A DNA stretch of 64,000 nucleotides from Octopus sinensis (lineage: Eukaryota): NCBI RefSeq assembly GCF_006345805.1, contig NC_042998.1, positions 127,348,001 through 127,412,000 on the forward strand. Reading direction: 5' to 3'. Numbering within the stretch: the first letter of the stretch is position 1; every line of letters begins with the position of its first letter. The position numbers were made by a program, and so were the translations under genes. The notes beneath the pieces are model-generated. The model did not search any database, was not told the DNA's origin, and saw only the letters and a program-made list of their open reading frames with translations. Shown here piece after piece: positions 36,229 through 49,620 of the stretch.

Positions 36229-39200
36229 TATTCAGTAGCGTGCTTTCACTTCACTACCGAGCGCAGCTCTGTGTGCCTTGGGTATGTGCTGTGATTTGTT
36301 GTGATGCTCTGATGGTTATTGTATGGAAAGTGTTCTGCGTAGGGTGTGTGCAGTGCCTAGTAGTGCAATTTTCTGTATGTTATATGTGTTTGTAAGTCCT
36401 GGTGTTTTTGTTATGTATTTGTCTGAATATTTTTTTATCATGCCTAATGCACCTACTATGATAGGAATTGTTTCTGTTTTCAGATTCCACATTCTAGTTA
36501 CCTCTATTTCCAGGTCTTTGTATTTTGAGAGTTTCTCCATTTCTTTTAGAGACACGTTATCATCAGCCGGTATTGATACATCAATTAGAAAGCATTTTTT
36601 TCTTCATGGTCTCTGACAACTATATCTGGTCTGTTGGCTTTAATTTCTCTATCTGTGTGTATCGGCATATCCCAGAGTATGGTTGCTTTCTCGTTTTCTG
36701 GGACCTTTTCTGGTGTGTGCCTATACCATCTTTTTTTTGTTGTTATTCCATAATGTTGGCATAGCTTCCAATGTATATAGGTTCCAAGTCTGTCATGTCT
36801 GTGAATATATTCCTTCTTAGCCAGGACTGGGCAGCTAGAGATAATATGATTTATTGTTTCTTGTCCATCTCCACATATTCTGCAGTTACTTGTAATATTT
36901 CTTTTCATTACATGTTTTTGGTAATTTCTGGTGGGGAGGCTTTGGTCTTGTGCTGCAATTAAAAATTCCTCTGTTTCTGCTTTGAGTCCTGAGCTTCTCA
37001 ACCATTGCTGGGATTTTTCTTTGTCTATTTCTTTTGCGTTTAGTTTAGTCCAGTATTTACAATGAAGGGGCTTTTCTTGCCATCGTTTTATCATGGTTCG
37101 TTGCTGTTCTATTTTTAGTTTGGATTTCATTTGTTTTATAGCTTTTGTTGTTTCTTCATCTTCTTCTTCTTCTTCTTCTTCATGTTTATTAGGTGGTATG
37201 ATTTCTTGTTTGTATTTGTCAGCTTCCTTAAATACTGAGAACAGTTTTTTGTTTTGCTCGTGTTTTGCCGCTATCTGGATCAGTTTTCCTTCCTTCTGAA
37301 GTAGATATTTTTGCAGTCCTATGGTGGTTATTTTATAGTAGTTTTCCAGCTGTATAAGGCCTCTACCACCTGCTATACGTTGTATATATAGTCAGATTTT
37401 GGGTGATGCATCCTAGATCCTGTCATTATTTTTCTTGTTTTCCTATCTATTTTGGTCAGTTCATTTCGTGTCCAGTTAAGGATATTGTAGCTGTAACTTA
37501 TAACTGGGACAGCTAAAGTGTTGATACCTATTATCTTGTTTTTAGCATTGAGCTCTGTGTTTAGTATTGATCTAACTCGTCTATAATATTCTTTTTTTAT
37601 TTTCTCTTTCATTTGTGTGTGTTGTGTCTTATCTAGTTCATGGATTCCTAAGTATTTGTAAGCTTGGCTTTGGTCTAATTCTTTTATTTCATTGGTTTTA
37701 TCTAGTGTGATGTTGTTACTCTTAACTAGTTTTCCTCTTTTCATGGTTACTTTGGCGCATTTTTCTAATCCAAATTTCATATCTATTTCTTTGGTAAATC
37801 CATGAACTGTCTTTAATAGTGTTTCCAGCTGTTTGTCATTTGCAGCGTATAGTTTCAGGTCATCCATATATAAAAGGTGGCTGATCGTTTTGCCGTAACA
37901 TTTATATCCGCATCCAGTTCTATTTAGCATATCAGATAGAGGTGACAGTGCCAAGCAGAAAAGGAGTGGAGAGAGCGTGTCTCCCTGGAATATTCCTCTT
38001 CTAATGGGGATGTCTTTGGTTTTCATGAATCCCTCTTTTGTTTGGAGGTGTAGGACTGTTTGCCATTTATTCATAGAGTGCTCTATGAATTTTATGATTG
38101 CTGGTGCTACTTTGTTAATGGCTAGTGTTTCGAGGATCCATGTGTGGGGGATGCTATCAAACGCCTTTTTGTAGTCAATCCAGGCCATACTGAGGCCTTT
38201 CTTCTTTCTGTGGCTGTCTTCAGTTATGGCTTTATTAATCATTAGTTGATCTTTACAGCCATATGAGCCTTTGCGGCATCCTTTCTGCTCTTCTGGGAAC
38301 AGTTTGTTTTCGTCCAGGTGCTTGTTCAGCCTTTGTGATATCACTGCAGTAAATGCCTTGAACATAGTAGGGAGGCAGGTTATTGGTCTGTAGTTTTCTG
38401 GTTTTTCTGTTTCATTTGATTTGGGAATTAAGATGGTTTCCCCTTCGTGAGACATTCAGGCATTGTCTCTGGCTCTGCTAGTACGTTGTTAAAGTTTTCA
38501 GCCAGCTTTATGTGCATTCCTGTTAGATATTTCAACCAGAAGTTGGGGATCTTGTCATGCCCAGGTGCCTTCCAGTTGCTTAGTTTTTGCAGTGTCAGGG
38601 TGACCTCTTCAGTTGTTATGGGGGTCCAAAGTTGTTCAGATGCCGAGTTTGTTATTTTGATACTCCTTTTTTTTGGTGGTTCGTTTGCCGACCATATTTC
38701 TCTCCAGAATTCTTCCAATTCTTCTGCCGTTGGTGCTGCAGTGACTTCTATTTTATTTTTGCCCAGTTCTTGGTAGAAATTTTTGGGGTTGGAGTTGAAC
38801 TTTTTGTTTTCTTCAAAGAAGCGTTGGCGTTTCTTGTACCGGCGGATCCTTTGTGCTTTGGCAAGGATATCTTGCTTCAGCTTTTCTTTTATTTCAGGCA
38901 AATCTTTCTCTGTGATGTTATATTTGCGGAGTATTTTTGTTCTCTTTTTGTTGCTCAGTAGCGTTGATTGTTTGCTGATTTCATTAAGAATCGACAGGTC
39001 TTTTCTATTTTTTAAAATTTTGCTTTGGATGTTATTTATCCACAGGGTTTGTTTGGGTGGTGGTACTCCGGTTTGGGCGGGTTTGGGTGAGTATCCAGCT
39101 TCTTTTGTGGCTGCAGTGGCTGCTGCGTATATTAGGTTATTTAGCTCAGTGATATCACTTTTTTTGATTCAGTGGCTATCAGTTCAGTGACGGCTAGGTT

Positions 39201-40066
39201 TGTGCTGTTTATAATAGGTGTTGTTATTTCGTTTATTTTGATTCTTGGGAGGTATGGTCGGTGGTCCATTTTGAGCTCTGTGGATTTCAGTTCTTTGATT
39301 ATTTTATTTTTTATATTATCATAATCATTAGGCTCCCCTTCGTTGTTTACATCGTGTTTGTTGGGAATATTGCGTTTGTCTTCGTGTTTTACAGTTTCAG
39401 TGTTTATATTATTGGGCATTGTTGTGTGGCTTCTATCTACATTTTCCTGGTGTATGTTTTCTTTTAGGTGTTCTATTTCTATTTCTGATATTTTTTTGTG
39501 TTGAGAATGTATCTTCGTACGTTAGAGTACTGCTGTGAAGTATGCGTGTAAGATAGAAATGTATTCCTCACGTGTCCATTTGGGTTTTATTTGCGGGACA
39601 TGAGGTACAACGTCCGGCCCATTATTTTGACGGTCGTCATTTTCGTAGGGTACCGGTCCGTTTATTTCTGTTGTCACATTATTTCGCACGTGTAGTTTTT
39701 CGTACATTTTTTGTTGTAAGTTTAATGTACGTACCGCTCGATTGTTATTCTTGGGTTGAATAGTATCGGTGGCATTTAATTTCTTCGTAGTTCCTTTGTA
39801 CATGGTGTTTGGGGTCGGGGATGATCGTGATGTTCCACGCATGTTTACATGTGTTGCGTTAGAGGTGGAGATGATATCGAGTCAAAATACATCATTTCGT
39901 TTCGAAAATAGTAATAAATTTCAATTAGTATTACTTACTCGGATACAGTCCAATTCTTTGTTAGTAAAACTTTGGCTCCATAGGATGTCCTTGTTTTCGA
40001 TGTTTGTGGATAGATTTCGGAGCTCTGAATTTTCCTTCTTACATCTTAAACGTCCCCCGGTGTCCT
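36229..40066 (-). mobile_element. Dong/R4-clade non-LTR retrotransposon, near full length, frameshifted
   Basis: RT (NYRPITCL, DYKKAFDS, GIFQGDTLSP, YMDD), CCHC (CRICG..ETINHIISSC), RLE (RPDIV, EKLSKYKDL, PIIVGALG); (TAA)n on both sides. Confidence 0.92.
37373..38455 (-). CDS. Reverse transcriptase segment of the Dong/R4 element
   Basis: Canonical non-LTR RT motifs in a 360-aa open segment; disrupted at both ends. Confidence 0.9.
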   Translation of the reverse strand: MSHEGETILIPKSNETEKPENYRPITCLPTMFKAFTAVISQRLNKHLDENKLFPEEQKGCRKGSYGCKDQLMINKAITEDSHRKKKGLSMAWIDYKKAFDSIPHTWILETLAINKVAPAIIKFIEHSMNKWQTVLHLQTKEGFMKTKDIPIRRGIFQGDTLSPLLFCLALSPLSDMLNRTGCGYKCYGKTISHLLYMDDLKLYAANDKQLETLLKTVHGFTKEIDMKFGLEKCAKVTMKRGKLVKSNNITLDKTNEIKELDQSQAYKYLGIHELDKTQHTQMKEKIKKEYYRRVRSILNTELNAKNKIIGINTLAVPVISYSYNILNWTRNELTKIDRKTRKIMTGSRMHHPKSDYIYNV

Positions 40067-40075
40067 TTATTATTA

Positions 40076-40127
<52 letters not shown>

Positions 40128-40133
40128 TATTAC

Positions 40134-40190
<57 letters not shown>

Positions 40191-40210
40191 CATTATTATT
40201 ATTATTATTC
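40067..40210. repeat. (ATT)n microsatellite at the 5' flank of the Dong element
   Basis: Direct reading. Confidence 0.97.
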
Positions 40211-41051
40211 CATTACTGAAAGGTGGCAGGAAAATTAGAGAGGCAGACTAAATGTTGTTGTTTTTGTTTTGCTCCTTTAGTATTTTGATTTCGTTCTTTT
40301 AACTTGTGAGTTTAACTACAGCCTCATCTGACTGTCTTTCAATCATCTCGCCTTGCTGATAAATTCTTCCAGCATTGAAACGGGATACAATTGGCTTCAC
40401 ACCCACTTGCAAATTTTCTGTCTTTTTCTAATATGAAATTGTATTGTTATTATGATGGCTCCGCCACAAATGTTTATATAGTGTGACAATATACAATGAC
40501 GTGTATCGATCATTAGAGAAACATTTCATTAAAGATGTAATCAGCCACATTTTTATTGTTCAACTCATGTCTTTCAAAATATATATATTTCTCTGATTTT
40601 TGAAATCTTGTTGCTTTAAATATCTTTTAGTTCAGTGTCTAACATGTTAAACACATTATTTAACGCCCGCAGCATTATTTACGTGAAATAGTTTTCTGTA
40701 AATCTTCCTGTCTGGTCGTGTCCAGAGAGATGTGGCGATAAAATAAAGCTAGCTGCATGGAGATAATGCAATTTCTGTATACAAGACAGTATGTTTCCGT
40801 CTGGATGTCGGTGTGTTTGCAAACATTAAAACACACACAATTATATAATAAAAGGTTGTTTAGAGTATATTTAGCTATAGTTATCTCTCTATGTATGTTG
40901 TGACTTATTTAACTGCAGATTGTTACTAAATGATACGCGGATAACGATAAGAGTCACTTGCATAGCATTCCTTTATGAATATAGGAATACACAAGGTGCT
41001 CTAAAATTTGATTATTTGTCGAGTAGTTTAAATTGTATATCGCACTGTATA

Positions 41052-41185
41052 TACGAGGTGTGCTGAAAAGTTCCTGACTTTAGCCTGCTTGGCGGCCCAA
41101 CCTACCAAAGTTTTCACAGGACTTTGAAACACTGAAGAACTGCTGCAATAAGCGCGTGAATCTGAGAGACGAATATGTTGAATAA
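41052..41185 (+). mobile_element. Internally deleted mariner relic
   Basis: TAcgaggtgtgctgaaaagttcc TIR, then ..KRVNLRDEYVE*. Confidence 0.7.
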
Positions 41186-41827
41186 ACTCTTCAATAATAT
41201 TAATACGTTAACTTTTTTGTTTTTGTACGTACCTGTTGTGTGAGTCACACTTACTTCAAAGAGGTGGCAAAGCGAGACAGAGGATGACAGAGAGGAAGTA
41301 AGAGAGAAAGAGAGAGATAGTGAAAGAGAAAGTGAGTGGTGACAGCGTTCGTTTTGTGCTTTTAAATGTTTCAGAGAGGACGTAAGAGAGAAAGAAAGAA
41401 AGAGAGAGAGAGAGAGGGGGGGAGAGAAAGTGTGAAAGAGAAAGAGAGAGAGAGTGAAAGACACATTGTGAGATGACGGCGTTCGTTTTGTGTTTCTAAA
41501 TGTTTATCACATCGCAAGAACAGTTGATACATAGATACATATACACATTGTTAAGTCAAAAACGAGAAGAGCGACACAAAGGAAATAAAAGAGAAAGAGA
41601 GAAAGTGAGAGAGACAGTAGATACATAAATCCATAGAAAAGTTCATACTTAGATACAAACACACAGCAAATATTAGTTGTCACGTTTCATTACCACACGA
41701 GGGTAAAATTTACTCACAAATGGCTGAGTACTCCTCAGACATGCATAACATTAACGTCGTTGTCAGTGAGATTCAGCTTCACAAAATATGGCAAGCCTGG
41801 CATCTTTGAATTCCAGCTACAACTCGA

Positions 41828-41867
<40 letters not shown>

Positions 41868-42326
41868 TGTATTTGTGTGCTTGAAGACAATATTGCTTGT
41901 TATACTGATGAAGAAAATATCGCGAAACTGACCGATGTTCGCAGACATCTTTCGCCTTTAAGTAGAAATAACCCTTCAGCACATTTTCATGCCTGGGCGT
42001 TCTTCCTTCTCCTCCAGGTCACATTTAAGGTCTGGCAAAAGCAGTTGAGTAACTTTCGGCAGATTTTTTTTAGACCTTGTAAGTTTTTCAATTTCGACTG
42101 GTACTGATCAAGTCCATAACTTCCTTACAATGTCATCCATTCGGTACTGGTAGGGTGCCCTCATTATTGGATCTAGCGTATTTTTTGTGCATTCTTTGAC
42201 ACATCAATAGCTCGTATATTTGGCCTTATTTTATCGATTTTTTCTATAATGAAGAAAGAGCTTGTTTCTATTCCAGAACCAAAGCTATTTCACTGGAATT
42301 GAGATACCATCAATTGTTTGTCTTGC

Positions 42327-42371
<45 letters not shown>

Positions 42372-43350
42372 TGCATTTATGTAACATGTATGTATCCATA
42401 CATTTACGCATGTAGTGATGTATATGTGCGCATGTATGCATATACGTTTACAATATGAGGATTGCTTCATCTTGAAAGATGATAGATGTCCCGTCAACAC
42501 AAACACCACACCTCATCATACAGCAAAATCCCTCCGATGTTGAGCCCTTAGATGAAGACGTTTGCAATATTTGTATATATGTATACACACACATACCGGT
42601 AAACATGGATGGCACTGTATAAGTGAATCTGTTTGCATTGATCATGGTTGCATGCCAAACCTCGTGGATATGCACTTAATTCATATCAAACTTCTGAAAT
42701 ATTTTACACATTTTGCACAGTAGCTTTAATGGATTTTATCTGTAATTTCCTAATTAGCCATGTCCTTTCTGGTTTTGCTATGCCAAGCTTCTCAAATTTC
42801 GGGCAGAGGTAGTCAATTACGTAATACTAAAATAGAAACCTAAATTTCTATTCATCAAAATACGCATTGTTCAATGTATGCTCATATATTTGCATGTAAG
42901 TACCACTAAGTCAAATATATCTACCTATGTAGAAATGAATTATACATAGGTTAATTTTTGTGCTCATGTTCTCATATATAAGTCTCTCAATACGTGCTAA
43001 ACATTTGCATTAGGCTAATAACTCGCCGTATTTGACGATGTTATTTTTAGATACATTTTGAACTCAACGGCTTTAAATTGAACTAGCTCAACGGGTAGCC
43101 AAACGCAGGAAATATATGTTTATACGCTCTTCATAATACATTTTGTTTATTATTAACAATTCTCCTCACGTCATTTCTCGATGCTCCCATTAATTTCAAT
43201 TTACCCTTTCTTGATTAGAATTTGTAAGTACATGGAAATTTCATAAACGTACATATACACATACTTGCACACTCACACAAACAATTAACGCTCGAAACAT
43301 GCACTCAAGTACATGCAAATATATGTACACAGACGTATACATACTTGCAT

Positions 43351-43401
<51 letters not shown>

Positions 43402-43599
43402 ATATACGCACACACATATATGTATGCATATGTACAGACATACAGACATACATATATGTATATACATATGTAAATCTTCACCTTTTTTTATGACACTTTA
43501 TACTTTTCTTCTTTAATCCTTCTCTATTTCCCATTTCTCCCCCTTTCCCCAGCACCGTTTTGTATCTATCTCTCTCCCTATCTTTCTTTTTATATATAT

Positions 43600-43880
43600 A
43601 TCTCCTTCTCTTTCTCTTTATGCCGCTCTCACGTTGCTCACGCGTGACCATCGTTTATCATTCTTTTCTTCACGTGACCAGGTTTCTTTTCTTGCACGGA
43701 CGTTTAAAGGGGCGGAGGTGTTTTTCTCTCTCACTTCGATCTTTACTCTTTTCAAAAAAACAAATGTTTCTCACTATTTCCCTCTCGTGTTGGTCTAACA
43801 ACCCTCCATGTTTTGTTTTCGTTCGATTTACTTGTATGACTCCACTGTCATTTCTTTGTTCCCAACTTTGACCAAGGATA
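43600..43880 (+). repeat. Partial family H-like repeat
   Basis: ctctcacgttgctcacgcgtgaccatc resembles 17185 and 58722. Confidence 0.4.
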
Positions 43881-43904
43881 ATTATCATCATCATCATCAT
43901 CATC

Positions 43905-43970
<66 letters not shown>

Positions 43971-43973
43971 ATA

Positions 43974-44058
<85 letters not shown>

Positions 44059-44062
<4 letters not shown>

Positions 44063-44446
44063 GAAGGAGTGGCTGTATGGTAAGACGCTTGGTTCCCAAC
44101 CACATGTTTTCGGTTTCAATCCCACAGCGTAACACCTTGGTCATGTGTCTCGGGCCGACCAAAGCCTCGTGAGTGGATTTGGTAAACGGAAACTTAAATA
44201 AGTTGTCGTATAGATATATACATATGCGTGTGTATGTGCTTGTGTGTCTGCGTTTGTCTCCCACCATCACTTGACAACCGATGTTGGTGTGTTGACGTCC
44301 CTGTAACTTAGCGGTTAAGCAAAAGCGACCGATACAATAAGTAGTAGGCTTACAAAGAATAAGTCCTGGGGTTGATTTGTTCGACTAAATGCGGTGCTCC
44401 ACCATGGCCTTTGCCAAATGACTGAAAGAAGTAAAAGGTAAAAGAA
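44059..44446 (+). mobile_element. SINE family A, full length, diverged
   Basis: Head ggagtggctgtatggtaag; tail gactgaaagaagtaaaag. Confidence 0.9.
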
Positions 44447-45124
44447 TATATATGTATGCATGCGCATATATCATTACATTAGATTTTTATATCTCCATCC
44501 CGAAGAAGGTGCCACATTTACCAAATGTTTATATGCTTTTTCAACATCTGCCAAAACAACATCTTTCCAATCCGGAACACCGTACCTTTCTACTTTACGT
44601 AGCTTTGTTCTGCTAATATCTATATATTTATTTATGAATATTCTTCGTTTGGATAGTTTCAGTCTTTGCTTCCTTTATAGTTTACATGTATATTTCGTAT
44701 ACCTAACCCAAGCGGTTTTATTTCTTTTTTTATTTGCATCATTATCTTTGTAGTCGTAGACATATATACAGGCAAATGTCCGTCTTTTCATGCAAGCGCA
44801 TCCGCAGACTTACCAAAACGCACTCTTGTTATGGTGGTTGCTCTCATGATAAAAGATATCCCTCATAGCCAACTCTTTATTCCCAATCAAATAGCTGCCC
44901 AACACATACTTTAACAGCACGTGGCTTTCCACACTTGAATTGTCTTTCTTTTATTTCTTCCTTCTCTTCTAGTTTCCTCACGACTTTCTTACTCTGCTTC
45001 TATAATCTGCAAGATGATAATGTCCGACACGCTAGAGCCATAACTATTTTCCTTTAAACTAGGAACAAACTAATATCATTGATGTGAGCTGCACTGATAT
45101 AACAAAGACATATCTGTCATTGTT

Positions 45125-45220
45125 ATAAGAAGCTTGCTTCTTAACGATATGGTTCCGGGTTCATTCCCACTGCGTGGCACTTTGGGCAAATGTCTTCTAC
45201 TATAGCCTCAGGCCGATTAA
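45125..45220 (+). mobile_element. SINE family A, 5' fragment
   Basis: ggttccgggttcattcccactgcgtggcactttgggcaaatgtcttc. Confidence 0.8.
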
Positions 45221-45686
45221 TCACACGCGCAGGCATCGCCTATGCTTAAGGCTTAAGGCTGTATCATGCGCGGGGACATAGAAATAATCGGACTGAATAC
45301 CCGATCGCGCGGTTAAACCATTGGGAGTGAAGGACTCTTAGCCTTTGTTAGGGCATCCTTCTAGGAGAAGGTAACTCAGGTAACTGGGATAACTCCGATA
45401 TAAAACATGCGGCTCAGTGTTTACCGATAATGTTGACTTGTTCTTCTTTTGGGATTATGGCTGCTGTTGCTTAGTGAGTGGGTTTGACTCGGTGCACAGC
45501 CTTTCCTCACTTTAAAAAAATCCTCTTGCACAGGTATTGCACAATAACAACATTGATTACGCTTCGTGCAATGGCCATACTCGATAACGAGGGGGCAGCC
45601 ACCATATATATATATATAACTTTTTTTTCAGAATGAGATGAAAAAAAGCAAGGCTGTGAAGATTTTGGAACATGTATAAATAGAAG

Positions 45687-45734
45687 ATCTTACAGCTGTT
45701 TCCAGGATATTTATTATATCCCTTCATCGGAGAC
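45687..45734 (-). ncRNA. Minimal type I hammerhead with U4C core change
   Basis: GUCU-CCGAUGA-AGGGAUAU-aauaa-AUAUCCUG-GAAAC-agcu-GUA|AGAU. Confidence 0.55.
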
Positions 45735-45981
45735 GATGTGAGAAAATAGTTAAGCAATAGTTAATTTAGATAAGATACGAAATAGAGAGTGAAGTGGAGG
45801 AATGAAAATAGATGTTAGATATGCGGGGATATTGCATTTGGAGATCCATTATTTAGGCAGAATGGTATACATATAAGATTTCAATACCTTGTGAGTAAAA
45901 TCCAATAGTATTTAAAATTGGTCATTCCAAGTATAGAGGTTGTACACAGTGCTATTAAATCAAGGGTTTTATTTAAAGTAA

Positions 45982-46055
<74 letters not shown>

Positions 46056-46216
46056 ATATAAATCACGGTTGCTTCGTTCACTAGGCCAGCCATGCTTTAT
46101 ATTATATATAATGTGTAGAGTAAATGAAACAGATACAGGGTGATCTTGCATAAGATGTTACAAATCATATGATGGATAATACACTAAAATGTATGTAATA
46201 TTACACACACACACGT

Positions 46217-46254
<38 letters not shown>

Positions 46255-46324
46255 ACACATACATTTTATACTAGATTCAGAAAGCCACAACGCTTAAAGA
46301 TCGACCTATTCTTTATTCTTTATT

Positions 46325-46722
46325 CTTTTACTTGTTTCAGTCATTTGATTGTGGCCATGCTGGAGCACCGCCTTTAGTCGAGCAAATCGACCCCGGGACT
46401 TATTCTTTTGTAAGCCCAGTACTTATTCTATCGATCTCTTTTTGCCGAACCGATAGGTGACGGGGACGTAAACACACCAGCATCGGTTGTCAAGCAATGC
46501 TAGGGGGACAAACACAGACATACACATACATATATATATATATACAGATATACATATATACGACAGGCTTCTTTCAGTTTCCGTCTACCAAATCCACTCA
46601 CAAGGCATTGGTCGGCCCGAGGCTATAGCAGAAGACACTTGCCCAAGATGCCACGCAGTGGGACTGAACCCGGAACCATGTGGTTGGTAAGCAAGCTACG
46701 TACCACACAGCCACTCCTGCGC
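46325..46722 (-). mobile_element. SINE family A, full length
   Basis: Same head and tail as 6414-6820. Confidence 0.93.
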
Positions 46723-49412
46723 CTATGGGAATGAAAACTAGACAAAACTTTACACCTTTACTATATATTTCAGTATGTCTGTTTATCAACATAATTAGGA
46801 GATTAAATGTCTCTCTGTTTTGCCATGATACGTGGAACAAATCAAGGAGGAGAATAGTGTCTATACACAAATTGGTATAGTGAAATTTGTTAACTAGCGA
46901 AACACTTGCTGGGTTAATATGCTTATTACTCGTGTACTTTGAATTTGACGGCGTCTCTAGTGTTCTGAGCATGGTCATTTTCGGGTGTTTTCTGAGAAAG
47001 AATTCTTTTGAATATGCTTCTCTATTCGGATGTGTAATTTGTGGATGGTGCCGCCTGTGTAAAATTTGCTGCATTCTCTTATTACTTGATATGGAGCGCA
47101 CTATTGTTGAACGACAGAAAGGTCCCCACTTTGTGTCAGACGGTAGTTGTCTTGTTTGATATATGGGGTAAGAAATTCGTAACCCGCATTTTCTCAAGTA
47201 ACTTTGAATGCGCTTGCTGTATATGCAGTCCCTCCGTACATATTTCCTGGAAAATTCCAGCGGAAACTAAGTTATGAATTTCCTTTAGCTCTAGGTATCA
47301 AGTACGTTTGCTGGAGACATCGACATTGTATGGGATTTTATCATGCAGCCATTGCCATGCCGTTGTCCTTTATTACTCTTTGAAACACCTCGGTGTTTTC
47401 CATTCTATTCCATCTTTCGTTGCATATTATTTGTAAAGGAGAATTCGGTTAGTGTTTAGGAGGCATATCCGCTCGTTAGTAAAATTCACTCAAAATTTGC
47501 AGACAACAGCAAACAGTTTTCCTTAGCATCCATAAATATTTCTTATATTATGAATTCGAAATACAACAACGACAGTTAGAGAGATTCAGTGTCGATGGAA
47601 TGTTCCGTTTCGAAGCCTACAGAGTGAGGAAGGTGTGAGCATGAAGAAGACGTCATCATATCTGGAAAAGGAAGTTCAGCATTTGGGGTTTGTACTCGCA
47701 CTGTATTTCTCTCAATCCATATTTGTGTAGGGACTACCAATCCAATAGAATCCATCCTTTCGTCAAACCAATATCTATTTTTAGGTGGAGTCACCAAAAT
47801 AGACACAAATATTATTCAGAATAACCGTTGGTAACGACTGAATGCGTGAAGCCAAAATAATTATATATTACAAGAGATACGGGGAAATGACGTGGAGGGT
47901 AAACGAACGGTTTCTGTTATATGTACCTATATCAGTATATGGACATATATTTTGCAAGTTAATACATTGTAGGTAAGTAGTGTGCGAGTCACACAAACAC
48001 GCATGAATTAATATATATGTGTGCACACTTGTGTCTATGCAAGAGACAGAGAGTTGATAGACGGAAGTTTTTGTTTCTGAATGCCACTTTATTTCAGCCT
48101 CTTTGGACTAGCTTCCTTATCTGTCATTTCAAATATTGTACGGGAATTGTATACGATTTCTTTTATCGAGTTTGATGCTAAATTATAGACAATGGGATTC
48201 GAACTCAGAATCACAAGTCACAGAAATAAGGGCAAGTAAAATACTGCTAAAAATTCTATACATGTATCGATTGAATTAAAGTCAATTAATAGGTATTATT
48301 TTCTAATGAATGTTATAGGCGTTTCTGAGACGAGAAACTCCACTGGAAGGACGATAGCTGAATAAACTAGATAAACGATGTAAAAATAATGCTAATGTTA
48401 CTGGTCTATTGGCCGACATTTTGTATGCTTATGAGTATAATTCCAACAAGTCTTGTTAGAATCGAATTTTTCAATGTATCGATTACCATTTGTTTACATT
48501 CCTGCTACTGTCTCTCTCTCTCTTTCTCTCTCCCATTCTCTGATTCTCTCCCTAAAACAAGAAAATGTTTTGCTTTCTTTTTATTCATTCTAATCGATAG
48601 TAGAAACACAGCTGGTATAGTCCATAGGGTACTGGGTCACCTGTGGGAATAGTGGAGTTTCATATCCTTAATGCATATACAGTCTAGATTCAAAGGCAAG
48701 TACATGTAGTTATAATTTGAAAATAGTGCTACTGATGAATAATCTCTTCTTCCTGCAATAATGAGAAGTTTAAAATCTTTTCGTAAGTATGTCTTAGAGA
48801 AGAAAGCTTTCTGCCAGGCTGGCTTACCTCAGATATACTCCATGATTTTGAAATCTAAATGTATGTGCAATCTGACAAGAGAACGTGCAGCATCCATGTT
48901 GTATCAATACTTAATAAAACACAAACTAGGTCAAAACCGTGAGCCATCGTTTGTTACACACCCGAAAAACACTTTAGCAACGATGAATCAATATTCTCAT
49001 GAATAAATAATTAAGGTTTTTGTTCTATGGTATGTTATGCAGTCTATGGAGTTCATTTATCGTAAATTTTGCATTACCGACTGTCGAATTTCATATTTCA
49101 TTGCAAGATTATGACGTCTGCATTGAAACAATGTATCATCAGAATGATATCAAATTTGCATGAGGCCCAAATCGAAATCGCGATTATTCAGTTGTCGGAA
49201 GCTCGGGCTCTCTCAAGGGATAGTTAACAATAGATATAACAGTGCACAACTACATACATATGTACACATGTTCACGCACATCCAAATATACACACTGACG
49301 CACACATGCATACATAAACGCGCGAACACACCCGTGTAGACGTATGCACATCCATCCAACCATACATACGAATAGGTTTTCATTTATAATTCCAACATTT
49401 ATAGTCTTATTA

Positions 49413-49620
49413 GGGCGGCGGCCTGGCAGAATCGTTAGCACGTTGGGCAAATTACTTAACAGCATTTCGTTTAAGTTCATGTTCCGAGTTCAAATTCCGC
49501 CTCGGTCGAGTTTGCCTTTCATCCTTTCGGGTTCAATAATATATGTACCAGTAAAGTACTGTGCTCAATATAATCGACTTACGCCTCGCCCAAATTTGCT
49601 GGCCTTGTGCCAAAATTTAT
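49413..49620 (+). mobile_element. tRNA-derived SINE, family B
   Basis: A-box tggcagaatcg, B-box gagttcaaattcc, body tttgcctttcatcctttcggg (also at about 9240). Confidence 0.75.

Noticed and set aside
39850-40066. HDV-like ribozyme in the Dong 5' UTR
   Set aside because: Could not fit P1-P4 by eye; needs an Infernal search.
41900-41945. CTGATGA...GAAAC
   Set aside because: Stems I and II cannot form.
48715-48745. GAAA upstream of CTGATGA as a permuted hammerhead
   Set aside because: No valid UH site or stem III.
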